This document shows positions 11,991-25,034 of a stretch of DNA of 64,000 nucleotides, in pieces. Source of the stretch: Ramazzottius varieornatus (Eukaryota; Animalia; Tardigrada); assembly GCA_001949185.1 (NCBI GenBank), contig BDGG01000017.1, forward strand, positions 496,001 to 560,000, in the 5' to 3' direction. Position 1 is the first letter of the stretch. Every line of letters starts with the position of its first letter. The notes below the pieces were generated by a model. It ran no database searches. It worked only from the letters and a program-made list of their open reading frames with translations, and was not told the origin of the DNA. Made by a program: the position numbers and the translations under genes.

Positions 11991-14552
11991 CACTCTGACT
12001 TTCACCGCGTCCATTTTCTTCCTCCTGGTCATATTCCACAACGATAAAATAATCCACGAGCCTGGACATGTGGACGCAAAGATGGGAGAAAGCAGCTGTT
12101 TTGTTTTCTGCAGCTGTTTTGAAAAGATGATCTACAGCTTCATCTCCTGTCCAATACTAGTCTTGCAACGAACAGGTTTGCATCAGCTTCAGTCGTATTG
12201 GCTACACAATCTCATAACCAGATTCACGGTTCTCTCTGATGATTAAAAATTTCATCCATTTTTTACTAATACAAGTTCCGTTTTATTGTTTCCTGCATCT
12301 GCGTTTACAACTGTCATCCGAGTATGTCAAATTTTATCATATTTCTTTGTCTGCCCGGCTCTGCCGGGCAGAGAGATAAGTCAGGACCAGCCTGACCCAG
12401 CCTGGGAATCCGGTATTCCGTGGTTTTAATGCGGGAACACTTGACACTGTGCCGTCATTACACAAAGTAATATGGCGAGGTCGAGGTTTGGACAGTGTTA
12501 TTTTAATGATCATAATAGATAATCGGAAATGGCTCAAAATCTGTGTTTTTGAATTTTACTATGGCAACTAAAATTATAAATTTAGGCGACGGAATTTTAC
12601 TATGTAGTAAATTCGTAATAAAATTGAACGAACAAGTCAGTAGCAAAATACGAAGTTGAAGTTCAAGGTTTTCGCAAATTGAAATAATCGAAATTCGGAA
12701 TTACAAGGTTTTACATTTTAATTATGGCGATATGCATGACAAATCAATCGTTATTCGCAATGATTCGGATAATGTTCACGAGAAACGGTCCCTGCCTTAT
12801 GCTAGAAGTTCAGTCTTTGGCTAGGGTATAAATCGCTGGTTTCAAATGCCAGTGAAGTCACAAAAGTGTGCGTAGACATTCTCCTTTGCCTCAGCCTATA
12901 GGTTATGTTCGCTGATTGCGCAGATTTATTCAAGAAAACGGAAATCTGGAAGATTTTACAACTGTTGTACGCATCTTCCCTTTTTCTACTTCGGTGTTTA
13001 TGTTTAGCGAATCTTCCAGCTTCGAACATGGTTGAAACCGCGAAGGGACAAAACACCGCCATCAAGCGTAAGACGCAGGCTGAGACAAGCTCAGCCAAGC
13101 GGAAGAAAGTGGCTGCGGAGAAGAGCGCCCCTCATTCCGACCGGACGGTGGACCGTGGTCTTATCCGGAGTAACCGATGATTTTCTCTCGTCACCTTCCA
13201 CATCTGCCGTGAGCGAGACAAGTTTTGAACTCCAGCTGTTGGAACTCCAACGGCGAACAAGAAGCTACTTTAAGTGAGTGAAAGCGAAGGGTCTAGGACT
13301 TCCCGGTTTTTCAAACCGAATGTCGCAAGACGTTGGAGCTGGTAATGATGTGATGTCAGTTCTTCAAGGTGAAGTCCGTTCGCGGACAGTCGTTCGATTT
13401 AGTCACGAGTTTTCATGGCGACGGTCTTCCGTGTTCTTGGCGGGAATACTTTCCAGACAGCGAGATATCGCTCCTACGGCACGTGACGCTGATCATGCTC
13501 AAGCTAAGGCGATATTGTTTCTACACTGAGTTCGACAATCGAAAATACAAAACCGTTCAATGATACAGTTCAAGGCGTCGTCTACGTATTTAGCAGCAAA
13601 GTTGACTTGACAGCTTTCATAGTTTTCGAGATTTATAAAATTATGGAGTTGATTGGGTCAGCTCGGAAGGAGCTTTTCCCGTCGTTTTTCGTAGGGAACA
13701 ACCGGTGACAGAAAGCATGGGAACGTTGGTCCACCAGCCATTTGTTTCTGGAGCCGTGAAGATGAACACAGCCCATGCGTGGTACGGGCACTGCCAACAT
13801 GAAGCTTTGCCTTTTTTTTAACGCACTTGTCCGATGTAGCAGGTGTCAGGATCATAAATAGAATGCAATATTTGGCGGTCGAGGAAAATAAGGAAGATTT
13901 GATGAGGAAAATAAGGAAGATTTACTTTTGAGCAGAGGGAAGCATGTAAGATATGACAGTGCACACTGAACGATACTTTTACTGCAATGAAAAGTCCCTT
14001 GTTGAGTCCATTCAGGAGTTGGATAAAAATTTCTTGTGGCTCGTGATATAAGAATGATTGCAGAGGCGAAAAACAAGACAAAATTTACCCCGTTCCCCGG
14101 CCAGATCCACGCCCACAGCCAGTAAAAACTGCTGAATCACAGCAGCCCAGTGGCCTGCTCACACACGAGCTTGCTTTGCATTCTAGTCACGCTTGCTCGA
14201 GTCAGAGTCGCGCTAGACTTTCGCTTTCCGAATAATCATAACTAGAAATTTAATCAATTTATCAAAGGCACCCTGCATTATTTTAAGGCACCTTTTCCAC
14301 CTTGCGTAAGGCACCTTCGTTGTCTAGGGTGGAAAGGTGGATAATCGTATATCAGAGAGGCTTTAAGGTGGACAAAAAGGGACCGCTAGTGCAGGTGTGG
14401 CCATAGCTATCGCGTAAAAGTATCGATATCACGATCGGCATATGACATAGTCTGGAGCGTCTCTTGTCAGCGTCGAGCGAACTCAACCCGGGTAAGATAC
14501 ATGGGACGATCCCCATATGTCTTGACCCGGGTATCGTCCGTCTGAACATTTT

Positions 14553-15341
14553 CAGTTTTGCTCCAATATGTCTTATTCGATTCTAATTGCAATTACGATT
14601 AATCGGAATACTTTGGACCGCAGCAATACCAATTGTCTGAGATTCAGCTCCGCTGAATTAGCTATTACAATTACTCGGAATTCAGCTCGCATCAGCAATT
14701 GAAATTATGGTTGCGGTTCATTTTTGAGATCTCAATATTCCCGAAATATCGTGTTCTAAAGCGACTTAAGCCCACGGTTCCATACGCGTGGAATGGATGT
14801 CGGATGTCTAGCTCAGAACATGTTGTACTCAAGACGTTGAAAACGGATGCGCTGATGGATGCAGGTATTTTAATGCTTCCTGAAACCTTGCGCGTACGTC
14901 GTCGTACAGAGGAAACATCCCTTAGGGTGTTGGTAGTTAAAAATATCGGGACCAGGGTTGAACTTCGCGCGTACATCGATGCACCGCGCGTGATTCGCAA
15001 AACAAAACTGTAAGCCTCGTACTTTTCTCCGTCGTGCGACATGCACGTACGCATACATGTTCGCCCAATCAAGCGCCAAAGACACCCAGAAACTCCGATA
15101 CTTGGGACACCCACGTGCGTTTTACCGCGCTGTAGGGCGCAAACTCAATAATCTGAATGGTCACATTGCTTATTTTAATTACCAATTACAACTTTTTCCG
15201 TTTTCGGAATTCTAGTACAATTCCAATTAATATTGGAATTACCCAGCTTGGGATTTCCAATTTCAATTGTCGTATTGGAATTCAAAAACGGTCGTTTTCG
15301 GCCATTTTTAATTATCAATTGTAATGATCGGATCAACACTG
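14553..15341. mobile_element. Non-autonomous hAT-type element, copy 1
   Basis: TIRs CAGTTTTGCTCC/GGATCAACACTG, 8-bp TSD aacatttt/aacattct, CAATT/GAATT subterminal motifs. Near-identical to 25035-25830. Confidence 0.88.
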
Positions 15342-16355
15342 AACATTCTGTCTTTAGCGCCATCTACTTTTTCCCAGTCTACTTCTTCATTGCCAAAGCC
15401 CGCAAGGCCTTCTTTGCCAACCTTCCATTGCAGCTGTGGCTACGGAACCTGAGCCTGCTCAGTTACGTAGTCAATCCGACAAGAACGGCTGTCAAATACC
15501 AACCTTTTATTAGCGCCGTAAACTTCTTAATATTTTTCATACAGTCCACTCGGTCGACTTGTGTACAACCGGGCTTCGATTTCACAATTCCAAAACCACC
15601 GTCAACATGACAGCGTTGAGTATGAACATCTTTGATTGTTTGTTCATTCAGGCAGCGGATGCAACCTGTTGCACTCACTTTTCGCTCTTCTGTCCGAAGT
15701 TCTGGACTTTTCTGGTCTGATCCCATCGCGCCTTCACCAGACAAGCAGTAGAGGCTTTTGCACTTTGTCAAATGGATCATGAAGGGATGGTCAGAAGTTA
15801 ACAGTTCGACTATGAGAAACTGCGTGCGAAAATCCGGCGCGTTACACATTGTGGAAAACAAATAGTTGTTTTTCATTCAGATTGATTGTTTGTGAGCTGT
15901 TGACGACACTTTGTTCTCTTTTGGTAAGCTGTGCGGTAAATGTTCGACTAGTGCCAAATATTGGCAGAAAACGAAGAGCGATGTACACGGCTCGAGCGAG
16001 TGGACCGTAGTGTAAAAAGGTTTATTGTTTCGCATGCAGGTCATCTTTCTGGCCTTAAACCAGGGAGACCTTGGTGGGGTTTCTAGACAGGTGCTTCAGC
16101 AAAAAGTCCCGTACACGCAGTTCAAGAACTTATGGGCAAAAAATCATAGGCCAGGCGTTTACTTCTTAGGTATCACTGGGTCGGCACGGCGGAATCTTTC
16201 TCGCCAGTTTTACCTACGTGTACTTATGAAGCACGATCATCTCATAATCCGTGATCAGGGTTGCTGTACTTCCTCAAGGTCGAATTAGGCTGGCGGGCAC
16301 GGGTGATATATAATATATCTCTTAAAACCTTACATCCGTATCTCCACCGTACGTA

Positions 16356-16499
16356 CACGTGCCTGGCCTAACTGTTGGCATGGACACAACAGTTGGCAGC
16401 CGGAGAAAGCGAAAATGGCCAGCTCAAATTAATGTGCGGTGCCGCTTTCGGCCAGCTGCCAACTGTTTTGTCCATGCGAACAGTTAAGCCAGGCACGTG
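16356..16499. mobile_element. MITE (family C), TA-flanked
   Basis: ~55-bp inverted arms CACGTGCCTGGC...CATGGACA.AACAGTTGGCAGC with TA on both sides. Confidence 0.8.
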
Positions 16500-17518
16500 T
16501 ACGGTATTACAGCACTATCGTATAATATTTGGCCGTACTCCAGACCTTTGACGAATTATTCGGATCAGCATGACGGTCCAAATTCCGCTGTGCCCAGCTG
16601 CAGGCTGCTCGAGAACCCTTGGCTAATCGAGGCCGCCGCCAGTGGCACTCGTGTAGCGCCCCGTGTCCTTTGCCGTAAATTTAGTTGGCAAGCAGCGGGT
16701 ATCGACTTGGTGTGGGTCGCTTTTAATTCTTGTCCTCATTCATATCCCAGAAGCTGTTTCAGCCCCTACCAATCTAGCTAAAAGCTTCATTGCGTGCTGA
16801 CAGTTGCGCACAAGACCACTGAAACAGACACTGTGATCATCCTACGCTGCAGCCTCGGATTGACTACCGTCAAGACCAGAACTCTTCCGTCCGAAAACTA
16901 GCCCTGCCCGAGCTACTTCGTCATTCCCAAGAGTCTCAACGTGCAAACGGTGCCTACCGGCATACCATTAAACCAATTTTATTAGAAGACATTGATGGAA
17001 CTTCTGGAGAGAAGTCACGTAGCTTCGATCCCGCTGAAAGCTGGAACGCCGGGAGACAGTCATCCCAGAGCCGACCAAGGTGACCACCTTTTGGCTGTCA
17101 TCTTGGTCACTGCTCCACACTAACCTGTCTAATTTGAACTGTTGGTTCTGCTTTACCTTTCTCCAAAGTTTCCATAATTCCGTTAATTATCCTTAGGCGT
17201 CGAGGACTAGTTTTTTTTTATTCTTCCGTTAAACTCAATGTAATCGATATAAACGGGCGAAGTGTACGAGGTACAGTATGTGAGATGTCTGTGGTATCGT
17301 GAAGATCTCAAGAGTACTGGAGACCTTTTACGCATGGCTCGAAGCGGCACCGTGGTGCAAATCACGCTGCGCCCAGCAGCAGGCAGCAGGCGTCGAGCAC
17401 CTTTGGCTAATCAAGGTCACCGCGAGCGGCTTTCATGCGGCGCCCCGAGTCTTTTTAATTAGGTGAACAGCGATCACCACCTTCGTGTGGGATGACTTTG
17501 CTCGTCCTCTCCAGCGGC

Positions 17519-18142
17519 CAGAGCATAAAACCGCGTGGGATATTGCTTGCGGAACCATACTGCGGGCTCGCAGAAACTTGCTGCACGTACGGCACGCGGT
17601 TATTTCCGTGACTTTTTCTTGCGGCACCATGCTGCAAATGCTGTTCCGTATGCTGTACGGACGGCATACGGCAACGAAAATTTCGCTATAACGGCAAATT
17701 TTTCTCTGAATTGAGATATCTCAGGAAACAGCAACCATCAAGCTTTCTCAACCAAGAAAGATGGTACATCACCAAACAATATCGGAGAAAAATTCACCAC
17801 AGGCGTTTCTGAAAGAGTGCTTGAAGCTTAGGATGCTAAAAATCAAAAGGGAATTCCGTCTCTGGCTTACAGCACACGAAAACACACGTAACATGACCGA
17901 CCTCAGCTTAATCGGCGAATTCCGAGAGACAAACACCCGACAAAACAGGCAATCAGTCACAAACTTCATGCTACCAGCTACGGCGCCTGCGTCACTGGGC
18001 GATGCGGCGCGGACGGACACCGTCCCGGAATTTTACGGCGCGTACTGTGCGGCATTTTTCTTCCAATTTTCCTTGCGGTTGCGTACGGCCGTACCGCACT
18101 GCTACCGTATGGTTCCGCAACGCTACGCGGTTTTGTACTCTG
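17519..18142. mobile_element. Non-autonomous hAT-type element (second family)
   Basis: TIR CAGAGYAYAAAACCGCGT, 8-bp TSD ccagcggc/ccagcggt, repeated TACGG/TGCGG subterminal motifs. Confidence 0.8.
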
Positions 18143-18478
18143 CCAGCGGTTCGCAGTGTACGGTTTCACAGTATGCGCCGAATTAATGCAGTGAAGTTTC
18201 ATAAATATCCTGAAGCTGTTCAGCCACCACCAATCTGGCTAAAAGTTGCGTTGCGTGGTGTCAGACGTGCACAGGATGACTGAAACAGGCATTGCGCTCC
18301 CTTCTCAGGCTGACTCCTGACTGACCAGGACTCTTCTGTGCAAGCTACGTCATCGCTGTTCAATTTTCGCCGAATTTCTGATCTTAGTTGTCGGGAGCGT
18401 TCCTGATAGCCGCAGTGTAAAACGATCCAACAGAGCGAAGCTGCGAAGGGAATCCGCGTAGTTGGATAAGTGAAGACG

Positions 18479-19598
18479 ATGAACGCATCAAAGAACTGGA
18501 CGGTTGAAGTGCCAGATGTCCATTCCCGTTACCACTGCACGTTATTGACGTGGTTGGTTCTTCTGCTTTTGATCAACATCAGCGGCATTTTCGGCAGCAT
18601 CTTAACCTTGAGCGCTACATTGACTTTTCCAACACTGCGAAAAAGCTCCAGCTGTTTGCTGTTGGCTCACTCGATCATCCTGGATCTACTTTGTTCTACA
18701 CTGGTTTTCCCAGCCGCTGCCATCATGTGTTACCTGCACTATCCGTCTCGGGCAGACAGCCCCTCAACATGGCGCTACTTGGCTTCAGTCCGCTTTATCC
18801 TCCAGTATGCCAACTACTGGTGTCACTGCACACTGGCCATCCACCGCTTCTTAACCATGGCCTTCCCTCATCGTTCCTCGCTCCTTCGCTCAAATAAAGT
18901 CATCAGCACCCTCTTGGCTCTTCCATGGGCCTTTTCAGTCGTCGTGAATCTCTTTCCCACTTTCAGCCTCTTTCAGTTGAGATACCAACCATCTGTCCCC
19001 TGGGGCGGTTTCACCATCGGGCCTCAAAAGGTGGCGGTCTTCAACGCGGTCTTCGGTGTGCACATCCCCGGTACCGTCATGGGCCTCTGTTACACCTTAA
19101 GCATCATCCAGGCAGGTTATGCAGTGAGGAATCGTCAGCGACGGGTCGGCTACGGTCTGAACGCGGAAGGCTTACCCAGCACGCAGATGATGAGGACTGT
19201 CAGGCGGCGCTGGGAAATCTCCAGAGTCCTCTTCTTGACCTTTGTCTGGTATCTGCTCTGCACGTATCCCGTACCCATCCTGTCGCTGCTTCATCCAGAA
19301 GCCATAGGGACGTTCCCTTTGCTGGCGCTATGGCTAAGGTTTCCGCAGTACAGCTACGTCGGCTTAACTCCGGTGAGTACAAACTCTAGCGTAAGTGAAA
19401 ACAGTGGAGAAGTTGTATGAAAACAAACTGCTGGGGTTCTTGCAGATGATTTTTCTGCTCTCCAGCTCCATGTATCGGGACGCTGTTCGGACTATATTGA
19501 GACGTTGGTTCTCAGTTATGTACTATGGCCGAAGAGTAGCGAGTAGGGCCTACGTGTCAAGCAACGAGACCCAAGGTCCAGCGAAAGGCGCCCTCTGA
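18479..19598 (+). CDS. Orphan class A GPCR (exons 18479-19372, 19446-19598)
   Basis: Seven hydrophobic segments, N-terminal NAS/NWT sequons, LAIHRF at the DRY position, intron after GLTP in TM7 (same position as the GPCR pseudogene), helix 8 SSMYRDAV. Confidence 0.85.
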
Positions 19599-20535
19599 AC
19601 CTATCAACTCTACTTCTTGCATTTAATTGCAGTGTACAGTTGTACACTGCGGCGTGAGGACATGGAAAATCAAACAATCCAAACGAAGGCGGAGTTCGGG
19701 GCGGGATTGCAATCGAGAGATTCGATGAACTTTATTGGAAAGCACTCCCTGAACTCTATATCACCACGCCAATCACCCTGCAGCCTCGACTCATCCCAGA
19801 CTCTATTACAGAACACAATGACAGAGGAAGCTATAGATATCACACAAGAGATCACAGAAAGACACAGGGTATCACAAAGGAACACCTGTTACGCCTGAAA
19901 CAGCTGACTGAACCGGAAACGTTGATCAAGACTCTTGATTGCCGTGACGTCAGCTCGTACAGTCAGTTTTGATCAGGCGTGTCTCATAGGCAAACTTCTG
20001 TCGTAAAAACTTGCCTGATAAAATACTAATTTCTTCGTAACGAGATTCCAGTTTAACTTTTGCTGCCCTTTCTTACGATTGCCTGAAGAATCACCGTCTA
20101 TTGAAACTGCAAGTAAGGGCCGCTGGACAGTGGCTTTGAAGAACGGCCTGAATTGTTCCATTTTCGATGGAAATTTCGTCGTAGCCATGCAGAAGATTTT
20201 CGTTAAGCCAGGCTCTCGGTTGGCTCAAAGTCTTTAAAACAATTGTAGCTCCAGTTCAAACATTTTCGTACTGTATCTTGGTACTATTTTAGATTCTAAA
20301 AACGATCTGCCCAGTGGTCATTAAAAGTTATGAAGGTTGACCATATTGCGCTGGTAGGTGGCGCACTGTACATCATATAATCGGTAACCTCTGAATGCGC
20401 AGATTTAGGTGGCAAAAATAGCCATGCTTCCGTTTTTTCATGACAGGAGGTATGCCAAAGAGTGTGACTGGTACCATTGTCGCTGCCTCAATCCGCTGGA
20501 CGTAAAACTACGCTGTCCGAATTGGACTCGGTCGC

Positions 20536-21162
20536 TCAGCTGAAGTATGCTCCAAGAAAAGCTATAACCGACATGGTGAAAAGTGCATCGGTTCCGGCAC
20601 TTAAGCTACGGGACGAAGTATTACAGCGATCACTGCTGCATAAACAGGTGACAAAGTAAGGTCCATCTGGATCTTCATAGCACAGTTCAGGGTTCCGTCC
20701 AGCTCGGCTTTCGCAAGTCCTCAAGTAAATGAAACCTGAACACACATCAGAATCCACCTGTGGCTCAGTTCCATCATCAGCTCCGAAGAGAAACTTAATC
20801 GGAAAAGTATTCGACTTACCAATGACACCTGCCTCGCCCATTTTCTTGACGCAAACTGGGTCCGCTGCTGTCGGACAGTCAACCGTCTGCATGTTTCCAT
20901 CGAACGGATCGCCACAGCCAGGTTGTCCTGCATGTGCGGGACTGGTGCTGCCCCTGCAGGTGTAGCACCGTAAAGCACCGGCTGTCAAGGAAAAACAAAT
21001 CAAACCATTGGGAATCTGCCGGATGGAAAGTCTGCCGAACCTGCCAGGGCAGATACAATGGTATGCTCAAAAATCATACGAGAACATACTCGGAGGAAAT
21101 ACCGTCACATGTGTTAATAGGATGATTGTTGCCTTCAGAATGCTTAATCCCCGTAACTTCAT
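20536..21162 (-). CDS. Ly6/uPAR three-finger (quiver/sleepless-like) GPI-anchored protein, 3 exons
   Basis: Signal peptide MKLRGLSILKATIILL, LRCYTC...C...C...CVKK...RTC...C...TCLCSSDRCN (10 Cys), hydrophobic C-terminal tail. Confidence 0.85.
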
Positions 21163-21699
21163 CGCAAAATGGGTGTAATGGAGAGAGGCAGAAAGCAGAA
21201 AGTACGCTGACATGTAGTACAAGCTGGAATAGATTGGCGGCGTTCTTGAAAGCGAAAATTCACTATTCCGTCTGTTCTTACTACACATATGGATGGGTGG
21301 TTTAGTTCTGCAGAACTTCAGGAGTTATGACTGTGAGCTCCTCTACAAAAGTCACCTGGCCATGGGTTGATACGACCAATAGCGTTTCGTTAAAACCATC
21401 GTAAAAGCAAATAAAGGAAGGGCGTCCACATGTTGATCTCTCCACCAGAGCGTAACACTGAACCAGAGTCGATAGAGCCACAAAGTGCCTTCGTGCCAAC
21501 ATCAGGACTTTTGGCATAGTAAAATCGTGAGCGCATGCAACAACCTGAGTCCCTCGTAAGCCCTACAGTCCGAAGTCAGAAAGCAGGTAAACGACATAAT
21601 TCGGGCATATTGATTTTCGCACCATAATTCGAGCAACGCGAAAGGTTTGAACATTACCTTCAACGCTTGATTCATCCCTCATCGTACGTATGTTGATAC

Positions 21700-24505
21700 A
21701 ACATTGGGCTTTTTAACATTAAGCGCTTACAGGACAAATTCGAAGAAATGTGGCAAGAAAGCCGTAGAAACAGAGAGCTGTACAAAAGTATAGTGGAAAT
21801 TAAAACAACTAACGAAGGATCGATAAAATCTTTGCACCATTTCGTATTGGAGAATTTGAAGGTCGCCAGATAGTTCTTAAAGGCACCAACAGAAAGAAAT
21901 TGACCAGGACTAGGGCAGAAGAGAGGATCTTTGAGAATCTCTACGGCTACGTAGGCCAAAGAGGCTATCGTCGAGTCTAACAGTTTACAGGACGCTGACG
22001 CAAAGCTTACGGGCACCAGAAGGAATTCTTTGGCCTGCCTTCTTGTTGTCCTTCCTAGCATGTCTCTCTTCATGATGAGCTGGCCACCTGCAAACATTCC
22101 CTTCCAGATCTTAAATGCGTTCAGTAAAATACCTTCCAGTCTTCTTTGCCACAATGGATGCCAGCCTACTTCCGCCAGGTGTTGTCGGTACTGCCGGAAG
22201 TCAACGTCATGCCGCTCGTTGCCTTACAAACAGCCTAAGCGAATTATCTGCAGGAACTTCTTCTGAATATTGTCGAGCTTCTTCTGCAGACCCTTTCCCG
22301 TACTGTGCCACGACGACGACGCGTAGTCCATCACCGATCGGACGAGACTGTTGAAGAGCAGCTGCTTCACCACACCGAAGCGCCGCGGGAAGGCTTTGAT
22401 CGCGTAGAGTCTCTTTCTGCATTTGGCAACTAATTTGTCCACTTGTCCGGTCCAGTCTAACCGGCTTGAGAACGTCGCCCCCAGGCACTCAGCTTCTCCT
22501 TCAGCTGGAATGGCTTCTCCGTTGAAGTTGTAATTTCGAGTTGGAACGGCAGTCTGGAATTTCTTGTTGGAAATTCGGAGATGCTGGGACTTCTTTGGAT
22601 TAATGTCGAGGCCGACTTCTTCGCACCACTTCGTCAGGCTGTCCAGGTCTTTCTGCAGGGCGACGAAGTCTGCTTCGCTGTTCACCTTTCGGTAGAGAAC
22701 GATGTCATCTGCATACTGGAGTACCTTCGAGCTGACCACTCCAGACAGGCCGTTGACTGCGACAGTGAAGAGGACAGGTCCCAAAATCGAGCCTTGAGGA
22801 ACTTCAGACGTAACTTCACGCTCTCCTGAAAAGAAACCATCAACCATTTACCGCTGACTTCTGCCCTTCAAGTAGTCGGAGAAAAGCGCCAGGAGACAGC
22901 CATCCACGCCATGCTTGCGAAGGCTGTTGACGATGACGTCATGCGGTAGCCGATCGAAGGCTTTGGTGCAGTCCAGCAAAATGACGTCAGCTTCTTTTCT
23001 CTCCAGAAGAACTTGAGCGAAGTGGTGGGACATCTGCAAGAGCTGCATCTCCGTCGACCGCTGGCGCCTAAAACCATACTGAGAATCAGGAAGTAGGAAC
23101 TGAGGAAGCTGCAGAGATGCTCGGAGAGAATCTTTTCGAAGAGTTTGGATAGTGGTGGGAGGAGCGAGATCGGACGAAAAGCGGAGCCTCGTTTTTTTGG
23201 CACGGCGACGACGTCTGCCATCTTCCAGGTTGTTGGAAACTTTCCTGACTGGAGTATCAGGTTGAAGAGTCTTGACAACGGGTAGATGATGGACGTGCCC
23301 GCGATCTTGAGAAGCCGATCCGTAATGAGGGAGGATCCGACTGCTTTGTTGGCGTCTAGCTTTCGAATGTTGCTCAGAATGGTGGAAGTGGAAATGTGGA
23401 GTTCAGGGCAGTGGACTGGAAGGTGAAGTTAGACGGCACGCAGATGGAATTTGGCTTTCTTTGCAGTGGACTGGACATTCGACGTACTCTTTGGCGAAGA
23501 CGTCGCTGATGTGGTCTGCTTTATCTTGAGGGTGGACTAGATACCTGTCGACGCTACCTGGGATCGGGATGGGAGGGATAGGCCTGGAGACGGTGTTCCT
23601 CTTCACGTACTGCCAAACTGCTCTTGGATTTCTTCTGGACGAGCCAGCGACGATGCGGAGTTTACGGTACCTGTCAGCGTGAATCATCTTCTTGCAGCGA
23701 GTCTCCAGCTCTTTCCTAGAATCGAGGTCTTTTGGATCTTTGGTCCTTCTCCATTTCTGAAATGCTCCTCTGGACTTCGTAGACTCTCAACAGTCGTAGT
23801 CGAAAGGGAGGGGCGTAGAAGGCGTTTGGATCCGACGAACTTCAGCTGAAAACGATCTTTGGCTGCGGCAAGAAACAATTCCTGAAACGATACCACTGCT
23901 ACGTCACTGTTACACTGGAGATCAAAGAAGCCGTTCCAATCAATGGAAGACAGGCTTTGGCGAAACTTTCTGGCTCCTTCGTCATCCACTTTCCAGATCT
24001 TCCTTGGCTTTACTGTCAACTTTGGCGTCATAATCTCTAGGCTGAAACGGATTCCACGGTGGTCATTCGTGGCTGCAGGTGGCTTTACGATTCTAACTCC
24101 CCGATCCAGGCTGGTCTGAGAAGCAAAGATGAGGTCCAGCGATGAACTGCTCCTTCCTCGTTGCCTTGTGCATTCTTGCACCTTCTGCCACAGCTTGAAT
24201 TCTTCCTGTAGCGACAACAGGTCTCTCTCTCTCCGACGCTCCGCTGACGTTCGTCGACCAGTCTAGTTTTGGACAGTTGAAGTCGCCTACTAGAACGATG
24301 TTGCGTCGTAGGTAAGGAGGAATACGTTCCATGGAGAGGCGCAGCTTGCTGAAAACCTCGACGTCGTAGCCAGGAGCGTAGACTACTCCCAGTAGCAGGT
24401 TCATTCTCAGAGCTATGAGCTTCACCCACAGCACCTCGAGGCCAGCTACCTCTAGCTCTTTCATCCGGATGATCTGGATATCTTTCTTTAGGGATTAGAC
24501 AGACC
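21700..24505 (-). mobile_element. Decayed LINE (APE endonuclease plus RT; CR1/L2-like group)
   Basis: APE motifs VLVGDFNCP and LDLIF. RT motifs FRPISLLPPLSKLFEK, LDCTKAFD, VPQGSILGPVLF, YADD. Many frameshifts and stops, 5' end interrupted. Confidence 0.9.
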
Positions 24506-24542
24506 CATCTCTATCCCAGGCCGAATTCCCGTACTTTACAAC

Positions 24543-25003
24543 GCGGGTAAGTGCATAAGTAAATTGGCTCTCAAAATATTATAGCATACACCTTTGATAG
24601 GTATCAAAACACTAGGGTACTGTTTCAAACTATAGTATAGTATAGGCCAAAAAAGTACCCTACTGTTTCGAACTATACTGTTGTATAGACCAAAAAAGTN
24701 NNNNNNNNNNNNNNNNNNNNNNNNNNNNNNNNNNNNNNNNNNNNNNNNNAACTGATGGCATCAGTTTTGATCTATACTACAGTATGGTTCAAAACAGTAG
24801 GATACTTTTTTGGTCTATACAACAGTATAGTTCGATACAGAAGGGCACTTTTTTGGCCCATACAACAGTATAGTTCGAAACAGTAGGGTACTTTCTTGGC
24901 CTATACTATACTATAGTTCAAAATAGTACCCTACTGTTTTGATACCTATCAAAAGTGTGTGCTATAAGATTTTGAGAGCACATTTACTTATGCACTTATC
25001 CGC
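24543..25003. mobile_element. Foldback-like element: long TIRs with internal ~42-bp tandem units, spanning an assembly gap
   Basis: 24543-24699 is the inverted counterpart of ~24845-25003. Repeated unit ...GTACTTTTTTGGYCTATACAACAGTATAGTTCGAAACAG. Confidence 0.75.
24700..24749. other. Assembly gap (50 N)
   Basis: Run of n. Confidence 1.
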
Positions 25004-25034
25004 CGCCCATATTCCAGCCTTCGATACTGTTTTT

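Noticed and set aside
12786-14385. CGGTCCCT/AGGGACCG as termini of one transposon
   Set aside because: Only an 8-bp match with no target-site duplication.
14692-15114. ORFs repeated at 14.7 kb and 25.2 kb (and at 26.7/57.5 kb) as duplicated genes
   Set aside because: They lie inside non-autonomous transposon copies and show no protein motif.
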